Assembly: GCA_964644965.1 (NCBI GenBank)
Contig: CAZXYN010000005.1
Span: 9,759 to 73,758 of the forward strand
Length of the DNA: 64,000 nt
Reading direction: 5' to 3'
DNA from: an uncultured Candidatus Saccharibacteria bacterium
Lineage (GTDB): Bacteria; Patescibacteriota; Saccharimonadia; Saccharimonadales; JACDBH01
The notes under the pieces are model-generated. The model worked only from the letters and a program-made list of their open reading frames with translations, was not told where the DNA came from and made no database searches. Each line of letters starts with the position of its first letter. The first letter of the stretch is position 1. A program made the position numbers and the translations under genes. Shown here in pieces: positions 25,207 to 33,744 of this stretch.

Positions 25207-26040
25207 ATGGACGAGCAGAGTTTGGGTAGGCATCTGCAGTCTGCCCGTGTTGCGGCAGGACTGACGCAACAGGAATTATGCCAGCGGGCAGGAATTTCTT
25301 ATTCGACACTGGCCAAGATTGAGCGCGGTGCTATCAAGGCACCGTCGGTCTTCACGATCCAGCGGCTAGCTGAGGTGCTTGGCACCGATATGGGTACGCT
25401 GATGGGCAATTTTAAGCCACTGACCAGTCAAAAGGGTCGTAGCAAATCAGGCGTTACCTTTGTATTCTTCGACATCAATGGTTGTTTGGTTCGATTCTTC
25501 CACCATGCCTTCACCGAGCTAGCCCAGGACACCGGCATCCCGTCAGATCAAGTAGAAACAACGTTCTGGCACTACAACGATGCAGTTTGCCGCGGTGAAC
25601 TAGACATAGACGAATTCAATCGCATCATGGCCGAGCAATTCCACCACATGGTCGACTGGAAGTCCTACTACATGCGCGCCGTTGCCGCCATCCCAGAGAT
25701 GCACGAACTCGTCGCTTGGGCGACAGAAAACTACAGGGTTGGCTTATTGTCCAACATCATGCCGGGATTCATCAAGGATATGATTGGCAGCGGCCTGCTG
25801 CCAAATGTTCCATACGACGCAATTGTCGATTCTTCAGAGGTAAGAGCCATCAAGCCAGAGCCGCAAATTTATCAAATCGCCCAAGAAAAGGCCGGAGTAC
25901 CGCCCGAGGAAATTCTCTTCATAGACGATTCTCGTACCAACATCATGGCAGCCAGCCAGCTAGGCTGGAAGGTGCTGTGGTTCGATGATTTTAGGCCAGA
26001 AGAATCAGTCGCCCGTGCCCGCCAAGCTCTAGAGAAATAA
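25207..26040 (+). CDS. fusion protein: N-terminal XRE-type HTH domain plus C-terminal HAD-superfamily hydrolase
   Basis: LQSARVAAGLTQQELCQRAGISYSTLAKIERG (HTH_XRE) then FFDINGCLV (DxD-variant motif I), LLSN, KPEPQIY, FIDDSRTN (HAD motifs). Confidence 0.75.
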   Translation: MDEQSLGRHLQSARVAAGLTQQELCQRAGISYSTLAKIERGAIKAPSVFTIQRLAEVLGTDMGTLMGNFKPLTSQKGRSKSGVTFVFFDINGCLVRFFHHAFTELAQDTGIPSDQVETTFWHYNDAVCRGELDIDEFNRIMAEQFHHMVDWKSYYMRAVAAIPEMHELVAWATENYRVGLLSNIMPGFIKDMIGSGLLPNVPYDAIVDSSEVRAIKPEPQIYQIAQEKAGVPPEEILFIDDSRTNIMAASQLGWKVLWFDDFRPEESVARARQALEK

Positions 26041-26062
26041 TAATACTTACCTCAGACAAAAT

Positions 26063-26096
26063 CTACATAATTGGTCCGGCCGGACCAATTATGTAG
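26063..26096. terminator. perfect 34-bp palindrome, candidate bidirectional terminator
   Basis: CTACATAATTGGTCCGG|CCGGACCAATTATGTAG; A-run after it on plus strand and T-run (ATTTTGT) after it on minus strand; between convergent genes. Confidence 0.45.
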
Positions 26097-26257
26097 AAAA
26101 ATAGGTATGAAAATGCCCCAGCCAATTTTTGACTCTCTTAAGAGCGCAACCCCACAGAAGAGAAAATACTTCTCTGCTCTGGGGTTGCCAGAAAGGAGAT
26201 TTGGGACGAGCGTTAGCTCAAGTCTTTGTCTCCCTTCTGGGTAGCCCTTTGTTGCTT

Positions 26258-26728
26258 CTAGCGGCGTGCTAGATCTCTACGCCTTGGACCGCGTGGTCGT
26301 GCTGGTCGAGATGTATCGACGGGGACCTCCATGGAGGGTAGCTCGTCGACGACGCGGTGGAACTCCATCCAGAGCCCATCTCGAATCGGGTGACCTCCAT
26401 CGTCGAGGCTCGTGACCAACTTGATCTGCCACAGGCCGTTGTGTTGGCTCTGTGCCTCGATGTAGGACTTGCATCCGGTGGATGGTCGCCTGATGGAGAC
26501 CGCGTCGTTCGGGCCGACGATCTGCCAGGGTTCGCCGACGGCGTCCGGGTGGGTGTAGATCGTCTTCCCTTCTGCAAGGTAGAACATGAATCCGTCGGAC
26601 TCCTGGACGACGAGTTCGCCTTCGCTCACCGGGAACGATGGCTTGATGGCGGGTTGAAGTGCCATCAGGACATGATCCCAGTTCATGTAGGTGGTCTCGA
26701 TCAGTTGAATCTTGGCTATGAGGCTCAC
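26258..26728 (-). CDS. hypothetical protein in GC-rich island, Arg-rich C-terminus
   Basis: 156 aa; GTG start with AGGGAG RBS 6 nt upstream; balanced composition versus antisense-looking overlapping ORFs; no motif recognised. Confidence 0.6.
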   Translation of the reverse strand: MSLIAKIQLIETTYMNWDHVLMALQPAIKPSFPVSEGELVVQESDGFMFYLAEGKTIYTHPDAVGEPWQIVGPNDAVSIRRPSTGCKSYIEAQSQHNGLWQIKLVTSLDDGGHPIRDGLWMEFHRVVDELPSMEVPVDTSRPARPRGPRRRDLARR

Positions 26729-26956
26729 GATACTCCCTTATGTGGAAATGGACAGAATGTGCAGGGTTTCAGTCTATGACTGAAAGCAAACACCAGTGGT
26801 GCTTAGTTCCAGCCATAGACAACAAGCAAGCTAGCCTCTACTGCAATCTAATGCAGGAGGCAAAACAAAAGGCTTATTAAATTTCATACTGAACCAAAGG
26901 CACAGCACCATATAATAATAGCACATTAACAGGTAAAAGTCAATGAATTTGGGCAT

Positions 26957-29527
26957 CTACAACTCCTTGGAAGCTTCGGCAAAAGAGTCTATCTCAGCAT
27001 TTACCTGTTGCAAGCGTAGCTCGCTGTCGGTGAGCTGTTGCCTAGTTTCGGCCACTAGTTCCTTCGGTGCGCTCTTCACATATGATTTATTGGCGAGCCG
27101 TACCTTTAGTCTCTCTACAGATAGAGCCTCGGCAGTTTGCTGTTCTTGGAGCTTGGTCAGATAATTGCGGGCGGTTTCGTGATCGACAGCAATCCAGCAG
27201 TCTTCGCTCGTCTGCGTCAGATGGAGCCCAGTGCCATCACGTACGTGTGAGACGTTCTCGAGCCGCGCAAGCTGCTTTACCAGCTCGCCATGATGCTGGA
27301 GCAGTACGGACTCTTTGTAGTACAGCTGCGGCTTGGCAATACCTAGGTTTTTTACGATTGACCGAGCCTCTACCACTAACTCCTTGATAGCTTCAAACAC
27401 AGCTGTTTCATCCTTGATACTAGTCTCTTGCTTTGGCCAGGCACTGGAAATCAGCAAGCTGTCTTTCTCCCACTTCAGGGTTTGCCAGATAGCCTCTGTC
27501 ACAAACGGCGCGAACGGATGGGTAATCTTCAGCAGTGTCTCTAGTCCGTAGGCCAGAATGCCATGATTTGGCTTGCCCTTGCTGGCCTCGATGTACCAGT
27601 CAGCAAAATCATCCCACAGCGTGTGATAAACAGTGTCGTAGGCTTCTGAGAAACGGTAGTTCTCGATATCGGCAGACACTTTTTCAACTGACTGTTGTAA
27701 TTTGGACAATATCCAGTGATCGGCAGGTGTTTCAGGATGAGGCTTGTGTCTACGGTCGCGTACCCCCTCGGGGCTGTCGCCAATCACGCCTTCGACAAAT
27801 CTAGCTACGTTCCACAGCTTGTTACAGAAATTACGTCCAGCATCAATCTTGCCAGGTGCGTAGGCAGCGCTAAATCCAGCACTGCGCCCAGATATGATTC
27901 CCATGCGTAGGGCATCGGAGCCGTGGCTTGCAATGACTTCGTTCGGGTCAATTACGTTGCCGAGAGATTTGCTCATCTTGCGGCCGTCTTCGCTCCTGAC
28001 CATGCCGTGCAGATAAACGGTCTTGAAAGGCACTTCACCAGTTACGTACAGCCCGAGCACAATCATGCGTGCCACCCACTGGTATAAGATGTCGATGCCG
28101 GTTTCCATCAGATCAGTCGGGTAATATTTATTGAAATCACCTTCTGGGTAGTCCAGCGTTACGTACGGCCACTGACCGCTAGAGAACCAAGTATCAAACA
28201 CATCTGAATCACGGCGGTAAGTTTTGCCTTCTACCTCTATAGTTTCGGAGGCTACTCGTTCGTCAAAAATCCAGTCGTCACTGTCCTCAACATTCTGAAA
28301 CGCCGGAATCGGGATACCCCAGGCGATTTGCCGTGAAATATTCCAGTCTTTGACGCTCTCTAGATACAAAATCGTCTGATCGCGCTTGCTTGCCGGGTAG
28401 AATGTCACCCGGTCGTCCTTTAGCGCCTTGATAGCCGGACCTGCCAGTTTTTTCATATCAATAAACCACTGATCCATCAGCATTGGCTCAATCACGGTGC
28501 CGCATTTGTAGCACTTCCCTACTCTGTTGCTGTAGTTCTCGTCTACCTTTTCGAGCAGACCCTTTTCCTTGAGTGCTTTGGCAACTGCTTTGCGAGCTTC
28601 TGCCACTGGCATACCGGCAAAATCCCCTGCCCTATGGTTCATTGTGCCGTCGTGATTGATGACCCGGATTGCCTCTAGATTGTGTCGCTGAGCAACCTCC
28701 CAGTCGTTGAAGTCATGAGCTGGGGTAATCTTCACCGCCCCTGTTCCGAACTTGGGATCTACATATTCGTCGGCAACAACACGTACCTCAAACGGGCCGT
28801 TTAGACCTTCGGCGGTAATTGTCTTGCCCACTAAATCTTTGTAACGTTCGTCGTCTGGATGAACAGCCACCGCCGTATCACCAAACTTTGTCTCTGGACG
28901 GGTGGTTGCTAGCGTAAATGGGCCGTATTTTAGGTAATACAGCGGGCTGGTCTGGTCTTCGTGTACTACTTCGATATCGGCAAAGCTTGTACGGTGGAAG
29001 GTACAGTAATTTACTAGGCGTTCGCCCCTGTAAATCAGCTTGTCATCCCACATCTTTTTGAACGTACTGTAGGCAGTTTTGACCACTTTTTCGTCTAGTG
29101 TGAAGGTGAACCGGCTCCAATCTACGGATGCACCCAAGGATCGCAGTTGCTTTTCAAAATTACCTTTGTTTCCTTGTACAAAATCATAAATCTGGCCGTA
29201 AAGCTCCTCGCGGCTGAAATCAAACCGACTCTTGCCTTCCCTAGCCAAGTGCTTTTCGTAGACAACCTGTGTCTCAAACCCAGCATGATCCGCCCCTGGT
29301 AAAAACAGTGTAGACTTGCCCTGCATACGGTGATAGCGGACCGCGATATCCTGCAACGAATAGTTGAGAGAGTGACCAATATGCAGATTGGCATTAGCGT
29401 TTGGCGGCGGCATGATAGTAGTAAATGTGTCGCCATTTTCTTTTGGCTCAAAGGCGCCACTTTTTTCCCACAAATCGTAGATTGTAGACTCGTATTCGGC
29501 TGGTTCGTATACCTTAGGTAAATTCAT
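26957..29527 (-). CDS. valS: valine--tRNA ligase
   Basis: PPPNANANLHIGH (HIGH), RKMSKSLGN (KMSKS), C-terminal coiled-coil; ATG 29527 (MNLPKVYEP) preferred over 29572. Confidence 0.95.
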   Translation of the reverse strand: MNLPKVYEPAEYESTIYDLWEKSGAFEPKENGDTFTTIMPPPNANANLHIGHSLNYSLQDIAVRYHRMQGKSTLFLPGADHAGFETQVVYEKHLAREGKSRFDFSREELYGQIYDFVQGNKGNFEKQLRSLGASVDWSRFTFTLDEKVVKTAYSTFKKMWDDKLIYRGERLVNYCTFHRTSFADIEVVHEDQTSPLYYLKYGPFTLATTRPETKFGDTAVAVHPDDERYKDLVGKTITAEGLNGPFEVRVVADEYVDPKFGTGAVKITPAHDFNDWEVAQRHNLEAIRVINHDGTMNHRAGDFAGMPVAEARKAVAKALKEKGLLEKVDENYSNRVGKCYKCGTVIEPMLMDQWFIDMKKLAGPAIKALKDDRVTFYPASKRDQTILYLESVKDWNISRQIAWGIPIPAFQNVEDSDDWIFDERVASETIEVEGKTYRRDSDVFDTWFSSGQWPYVTLDYPEGDFNKYYPTDLMETGIDILYQWVARMIVLGLYVTGEVPFKTVYLHGMVRSEDGRKMSKSLGNVIDPNEVIASHGSDALRMGIISGRSAGFSAAYAPGKIDAGRNFCNKLWNVARFVEGVIGDSPEGVRDRRHKPHPETPADHWILSKLQQSVEKVSADIENYRFSEAYDTVYHTLWDDFADWYIEASKGKPNHGILAYGLETLLKITHPFAPFVTEAIWQTLKWEKDSLLISSAWPKQETSIKDETAVFEAIKELVVEARSIVKNLGIAKPQLYYKESVLLQHHGELVKQLARLENVSHVRDGTGLHLTQTSEDCWIAVDHETARNYLTKLQEQQTAEALSVERLKVRLANKSYVKSAPKELVAETRQQLTDSELRLQQVNAEIDSFAEASKEL

Positions 29528-29842
29528 CAAGTGTTCCTGTGCCCAAGCGTCCTGGCTACGAGCAGAGCTCATAGCTCTGACGCTTGTTTTGGCGAATTAC
29601 TGCGTTGCCTGTTGCGACTACTCCCTTCACCGTACCTCAGTACGGCTCGGTCCGTTGCTCACAGGCGCCTTGTACTTCATCCAAACACAGGACACTTGTC
29701 GCTTATTTGTACTTTTAGAGTATATCACCTCTGTTAATATTAGCCTACCTTTCCCTGAAAGCGCCCTTCCAGAGTCTTCACATGAAAAAAGACGCACAAA
29801 ATAGCACGCCTTTTCACACGAAAAGATTCAGCTTTTGCTGTA

Positions 29843-30006
29843 ACCGTTTCTTGTGAACACCACACTCTGTTTTGTCGGGACAGACGGTTGATAATTGGTG
29901 TCTCGGGAGAAGCATTTCGTGAGTAAGGCATATCTGTAAGATATGTTGAATGAGCGAAATCTTCTCGCGGGCGCCAAGTGCGGGCGTCTGCCGATAACAC
30001 AGAGTG
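29843..30006. repeat. 164-bp long imperfect palindrome with perfect 18-bp termini
   Basis: GTGAACACCACACTCTGT (29843-29860) and ACAGAGTGTGGTGTTCAC (29989-30006); inner complementary blocks TCGG, CAGACG, GAGAAG, ATTTCG, CATATCT on both arms. Confidence 0.8.
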
Positions 30007-30101
30007 TGGTGTTCACCTAAAAGTGCGATCCCAGCTCCTGGGACAAACGAGAGTTTTTATTTTCCCTTCCATGGTAAACCCGCAGAAAAGCATATGCAAT
30101 A

Positions 30102-30130
30102 TTGACAAATATTGCCTCTTATGCTAAAAT
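30102..30130 (+). promoter_or_regulatory. sigma70-type promoter
   Basis: TTGACA (30102-30107), 17-nt spacer, TAAAAT (30125-30130), 23 nt upstream of ATG 30154. Confidence 0.65.
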
Positions 30131-30153
30131 GTATCTGTTAATCAAAAATAAAC

Positions 30154-30834
30154 ATGTCAGAAGCACCTCACGCACATGCTCCAATAGATGTAGACAAGCT
30201 GTCTCCAATGAACAGTTCTGACTTACTATTTGAACACCCAGCTACGCCAAACAAAATTGTTAGATTCAGTAGTGAGTTTGGCTTTGGCGAAGAAGGTGAG
30301 GCTCAGATTGCCGCCACTCTTGAAGGACTAAAAACAGTGCAGGGATTATATTCTGAACTTGAGTCTGCCTATAGTATCAAAACCGCAGGATTCTACCCAT
30401 CAGTAACCCAAACAAACAGGGGTGGGGCAGAAACAATGATTGTCAGCAACCGTGTAGAGGGTAGGGGTTTTACCTCGAATGATATGCTGCCGGACGATAT
30501 TAAACCCGCCGCGGCAAAGCTTTTTGATAACTTATCAGCCTACATCAGTAGCAAGCGTACTCAAAACCAACCATTTCTGAGTGATATCTTTGGTATCGAA
30601 CAGTATGTATACGATGAAAAACAGCAGGACTTTGTCCTGGTAGACACTGATCCGTACTATGGTGAAAATGCCGGTAATGACACCAAATATGCCTGGTCAC
30701 TCCATGAGCTCGCTACCTGGGCAGGGCAGGTGCTTGACCCTGAAGCTATAAAAAATTGGCAAGAAAAGATGGTAGAGAACGATAGTTCAGAGCAGCTCCC
30801 CATGATCATAGCTCGTATAGCCAGTATGAACTAA
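30154..30834 (+). CDS. hypothetical protein
   Basis: 226-aa ORF downstream of consensus promoter; no motif recognised with confidence. Confidence 0.6.
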   Translation: MSEAPHAHAPIDVDKLSPMNSSDLLFEHPATPNKIVRFSSEFGFGEEGEAQIAATLEGLKTVQGLYSELESAYSIKTAGFYPSVTQTNRGGAETMIVSNRVEGRGFTSNDMLPDDIKPAAAKLFDNLSAYISSKRTQNQPFLSDIFGIEQYVYDEKQQDFVLVDTDPYYGENAGNDTKYAWSLHELATWAGQVLDPEAIKNWQEKMVENDSSEQLPMIIARIASMN

Positions 30835-31944
30835 CTACATCGAAAGATTCGGTTGGATTTCTAGAGAGTAGGGGTCAGCCGTTGGCTGGCCAAGTTGGGT
30901 CTTGAATGCGCCCAGAGCGGCAATCATCGCACCGTTATCAGTACAGAGTCTAGGGTCCTGATACCTGATTTCTATTGGTAATCGCTCAGCTAACTGCCTG
31001 CGTAGCTCAGGGCTGGCAGCTACACCGCCAGCGATTACAACTGAGGCAGGGGAGAACTCTTCATAGGCGGTAATTGTCTTATCGACGACTGTTTCTATGG
31101 CTACACGTTGGAATACCGCAGCAATGTCGGCCTTCTGAGCCTCAGAGAGCCTTCCTGCCAAGTTTTTGGACGGAAACGTGTAATCTGCTCCTATCATGGC
31201 CTGAGCTTGCCGTAGGACGGCTGTTTTTAAGCCCGAGAAGCTAAAGTCGTACTTTCCGTCCATTCTAGCCTTTGGTAGAGAGAAGGCTTTTGGGTCGCCC
31301 TCGAGCGCCTTTTTACCGACAGACGGGCCGCCGGGGTAGGGCAGGCCGATGATTTTGGCGACTTTATCAAAAGCTTCGCCAACTGCGTCATCTTGCGTCT
31401 GGCCGAGCAGAGTGTAATCAAAATGATTGCGGAACAGGGCAAGCTGGCTGTGCCCGCCGCTGACAATCAGTGCCAAAATTGGGAATTTTGGTGCAGTAGA
31501 CGGTAGACGGTAGACGGTAGACAGGGTAGGGGATGCGGCAGTAATAAAGTTGGCGTAGACGTGGCCCTCTACATGATTAATCCCATAGAGTGGCTTGTTT
31601 TTGGTTATCGCTAGCGTGCGCGCTGTCATAACGCCAACCAATAGGGAGCCGCCTAGTCCAGCACCATACGTCACCGCTACGGCGTCAATCTGATCCCAGG
31701 GATCAGATTTGGTAGATGGATGAGCTTCAGATATTGCCTCATCTATGACGGGGATAATCGATTCAATATGGCTGCGGGCGGCTATTTCTGGCACCACACC
31801 ACCATACTGTACGTGCAGATTAGCAGAGGAGGCTACGACATTAGATAGCAGGGTAAGTTGATTATCGTCATCAATCTCGACCACCGCAGCAGCAGTCTCA
31901 TCACAGCTCGACTCTATACCCAATATCCTGAGAGGTTTTGTCAT
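30835..31944 (-). CDS. tsaD: tRNA N6-adenosine threonylcarbamoyltransferase
   Basis: ILGIESSCDETAAAVV, HVEGHVYA, LIVSGGHSQL motifs; ATG 31944 (MTKPLRILGIESS) preferred over 32019. Confidence 0.9.
   Translation of the reverse strand: MTKPLRILGIESSCDETAAAVVEIDDDNQLTLLSNVVASSANLHVQYGGVVPEIAARSHIESIIPVIDEAISEAHPSTKSDPWDQIDAVAVTYGAGLGGSLLVGVMTARTLAITKNKPLYGINHVEGHVYANFITAASPTLSTVYRLPSTAPKFPILALIVSGGHSQLALFRNHFDYTLLGQTQDDAVGEAFDKVAKIIGLPYPGGPSVGKKALEGDPKAFSLPKARMDGKYDFSFSGLKTAVLRQAQAMIGADYTFPSKNLAGRLSEAQKADIAAVFQRVAIETVVDKTITAYEEFSPASVVIAGGVAASPELRRQLAERLPIEIRYQDPRLCTDNGAMIAALGAFKTQLGQPTADPYSLEIQPNLSM
31497..31524. repeat. tandem heptamer (TAGACGG)x3 plus TAGACAG inside tsaD
   Basis: Read directly; encodes LSTVYRLPST in a loop that is longer than in the E. 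coli TsaD sequence as recalled. Confidence 0.85.
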
Positions 31945-32094
31945 TAGTATTAGCTTAACAGATAACTGCATGGTACTTATTTGAAAAAAACACAAAAAAA
32001 GGCTACAAGTTATTGACAAAAAGCTTATGTTTTGCTATAATGGTGCTATTACAACATAAAAACACAAAAATTATCAAAGCAAGGAATTAATCAC

Positions 32095-33675
32095 ATGAGT
32101 ACAATCGAACAACTACCACAACGCCAACCACGACAAGAACAGCCAGAAGAGGCTGTAGCTATCGACACTGCCGCTATCAATGCAGAGCAGATAGCCGCAC
32201 AAGCACAGGCAGATCAGCTCGAAACTGAAATGAACGGTGCATATTCTAGCCTTGGCAATCGCCATACATATGCAGTAGATGCAGAAACTGGCAAAAAGCA
32301 GGTTGTAAAGCGCGAAGAGGCACTCAATAAAGCCGACGAGCTTAACGGTATGCGCAGTGTCGCTGCAGGTGATACCAATGGCAAATCTTGGGCTGAGATG
32401 TCTGATGGCGAACAGCTTGCCAAGGCAAAACTCGATGGTTACAAGGATGCGTATATTGACCGAAAATCCGACACTCTCATTCAGGGCAAAAAGACTAAAG
32501 CTCCAAAAACATCAGAAGAAATCGATCAAATCCAGGATAAGAAACAAGCTCGCATAGACGCACGCGCTATCCGAAATGGCAAAGATACTACAGAACCAAG
32601 CCAGGAAGCTGACCAAGCAGAGGAAACACGTGAGACATTTACTGCTCGTGAGCTACTAAACACCTGGGTTAAGGCAATTGACTCTGATGACAAAGAGACA
32701 GCAGCACATGTTGCTGATGAGATAGAGGACATGACTGGTGTTGTCACAGAAGAAGACATGTCCAATGCAGAACACCGTGCTGAGTTAGAAGCAGCCCCAG
32801 CCAAGCTGGCTGCAGTCTTGCGACAGAAAAGTGCCGCTGGATTAGAAACAGAGGCCAAGAAAGCCAAGCCAAGCGAAGAATTCGATTCGCTAATCAAGGC
32901 CTGGGCACTTGCCGAGAAGAATAACGACGCTGAAGGCGCTCAGCTTGCTCAAGATAAATTACAGCAAATAATCACTGCAGGCCAAGAAAATGGTCTCATC
33001 TCAGAAGACAAAATTGCTGATCTTATCAAGGAAATGAACATAGCCAAAGAGGCACATCTAAAGATGCTGCGAACCGAAGACAAGCCAGCTCAGAAGCTCT
33101 ATGACTATGAAGAAATGGTTAAAGAGCCAGTTGTTGAAACGACTACCGTAGAAGCAGTTGACGTAGAATCTGAGGAAGAAGTTGCTAAAGAGGCAGGCAT
33201 GATTGCCGCTATCAAGGCACGATTTACTTCTATCAAGGAAAAAGTTGGTGAAAGACTAACCACTCGAAAACAGAAGATAGCTGTAGCCGCAGGTGCAGTA
33301 GCACTAGTTGCTGGCGGAATGTTCGGAGCATATCTAATGAACACCAATGACGGTGGTTCTAGCGAAGGTGATGCTCCACTCAGTGAATTGTTTGAAAACG
33401 ATGATATTGAGGCTGGAGCAAGCTCAACTAGTGAAGTAGCCAATCCTGCAAACCAGAACATTGATGTATCTCAGTACAGCTGGGATGTTGCTAATCAGTT
33501 AAGTCCTGGTAATGAAGGTAGTGTCATACAGGGAGCGGTTGATCGCTATAACGAAGCTCATGGCACTGGTTTTGCCTTGACTCCGCATAACGGCTCGACC
33601 TGGATCATGGATGGTGCCCGTGCAATCAGCCCTGCCGAGATGGCCGAGCTAAACAACTTGATGCAAGCTGCCTAA
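32095..33675 (+). CDS. hypothetical Glu/Lys/Ala-rich protein with one TM helix and C-terminal globular domain
   Basis: 526 aa; long charged helical-looking region, TM IAVAAGAVALVAGGMFGAYLM near aa 400. Confidence 0.6.
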   Translation: MSTIEQLPQRQPRQEQPEEAVAIDTAAINAEQIAAQAQADQLETEMNGAYSSLGNRHTYAVDAETGKKQVVKREEALNKADELNGMRSVAAGDTNGKSWAEMSDGEQLAKAKLDGYKDAYIDRKSDTLIQGKKTKAPKTSEEIDQIQDKKQARIDARAIRNGKDTTEPSQEADQAEETRETFTARELLNTWVKAIDSDDKETAAHVADEIEDMTGVVTEEDMSNAEHRAELEAAPAKLAAVLRQKSAAGLETEAKKAKPSEEFDSLIKAWALAEKNNDAEGAQLAQDKLQQIITAGQENGLISEDKIADLIKEMNIAKEAHLKMLRTEDKPAQKLYDYEEMVKEPVVETTTVEAVDVESEEEVAKEAGMIAAIKARFTSIKEKVGERLTTRKQKIAVAAGAVALVAGGMFGAYLMNTNDGGSSEGDAPLSELFENDDIEAGASSTSEVANPANQNIDVSQYSWDVANQLSPGNEGSVIQGAVDRYNEAHGTGFALTPHNGSTWIMDGARAISPAEMAELNNLMQAA

Positions 33676-33694
33676 TCTAGAGATTTAGGAACAA

Positions 33695-33726
33695 ACAGAC
33701 CCTGATACCTAGGGTCTGTTTTTTGT
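33695..33726 (+). terminator. rho-independent terminator
   Basis: ACAGACCCT-gatacct-AGGGTCTGT followed by TTTTTTG. Confidence 0.75.
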
Positions 33727-33744
33727 TTGCCGTATACTGTTGGC

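Noticed and set aside
25042-25269. 75-aa minus-strand ORF
   Set aside because: It overlaps the start of the HTH-HAD gene and a more plausible small plus-strand membrane ORF.
26357-26779. 140-aa plus-strand ORF and other overlapping ORFs (26269-26577, 26277-26474) in the GC-rich island
   Set aside because: Their Arg/Gly/Val/Asp-rich composition is typical of non-coding frames in GC-rich DNA. The minus-strand 156-aa ORF has a GTG start with an AGGGAG RBS.
29573-29842. T-box riboswitch leader for valS
   Set aside because: I scanned the minus-strand leader for the conserved T-box sequence (GGGTGGTACCGCG-like) and for Stem I AGAGA/AGTA features. No convincing match was found. This cannot be excluded without a covariance-model search.
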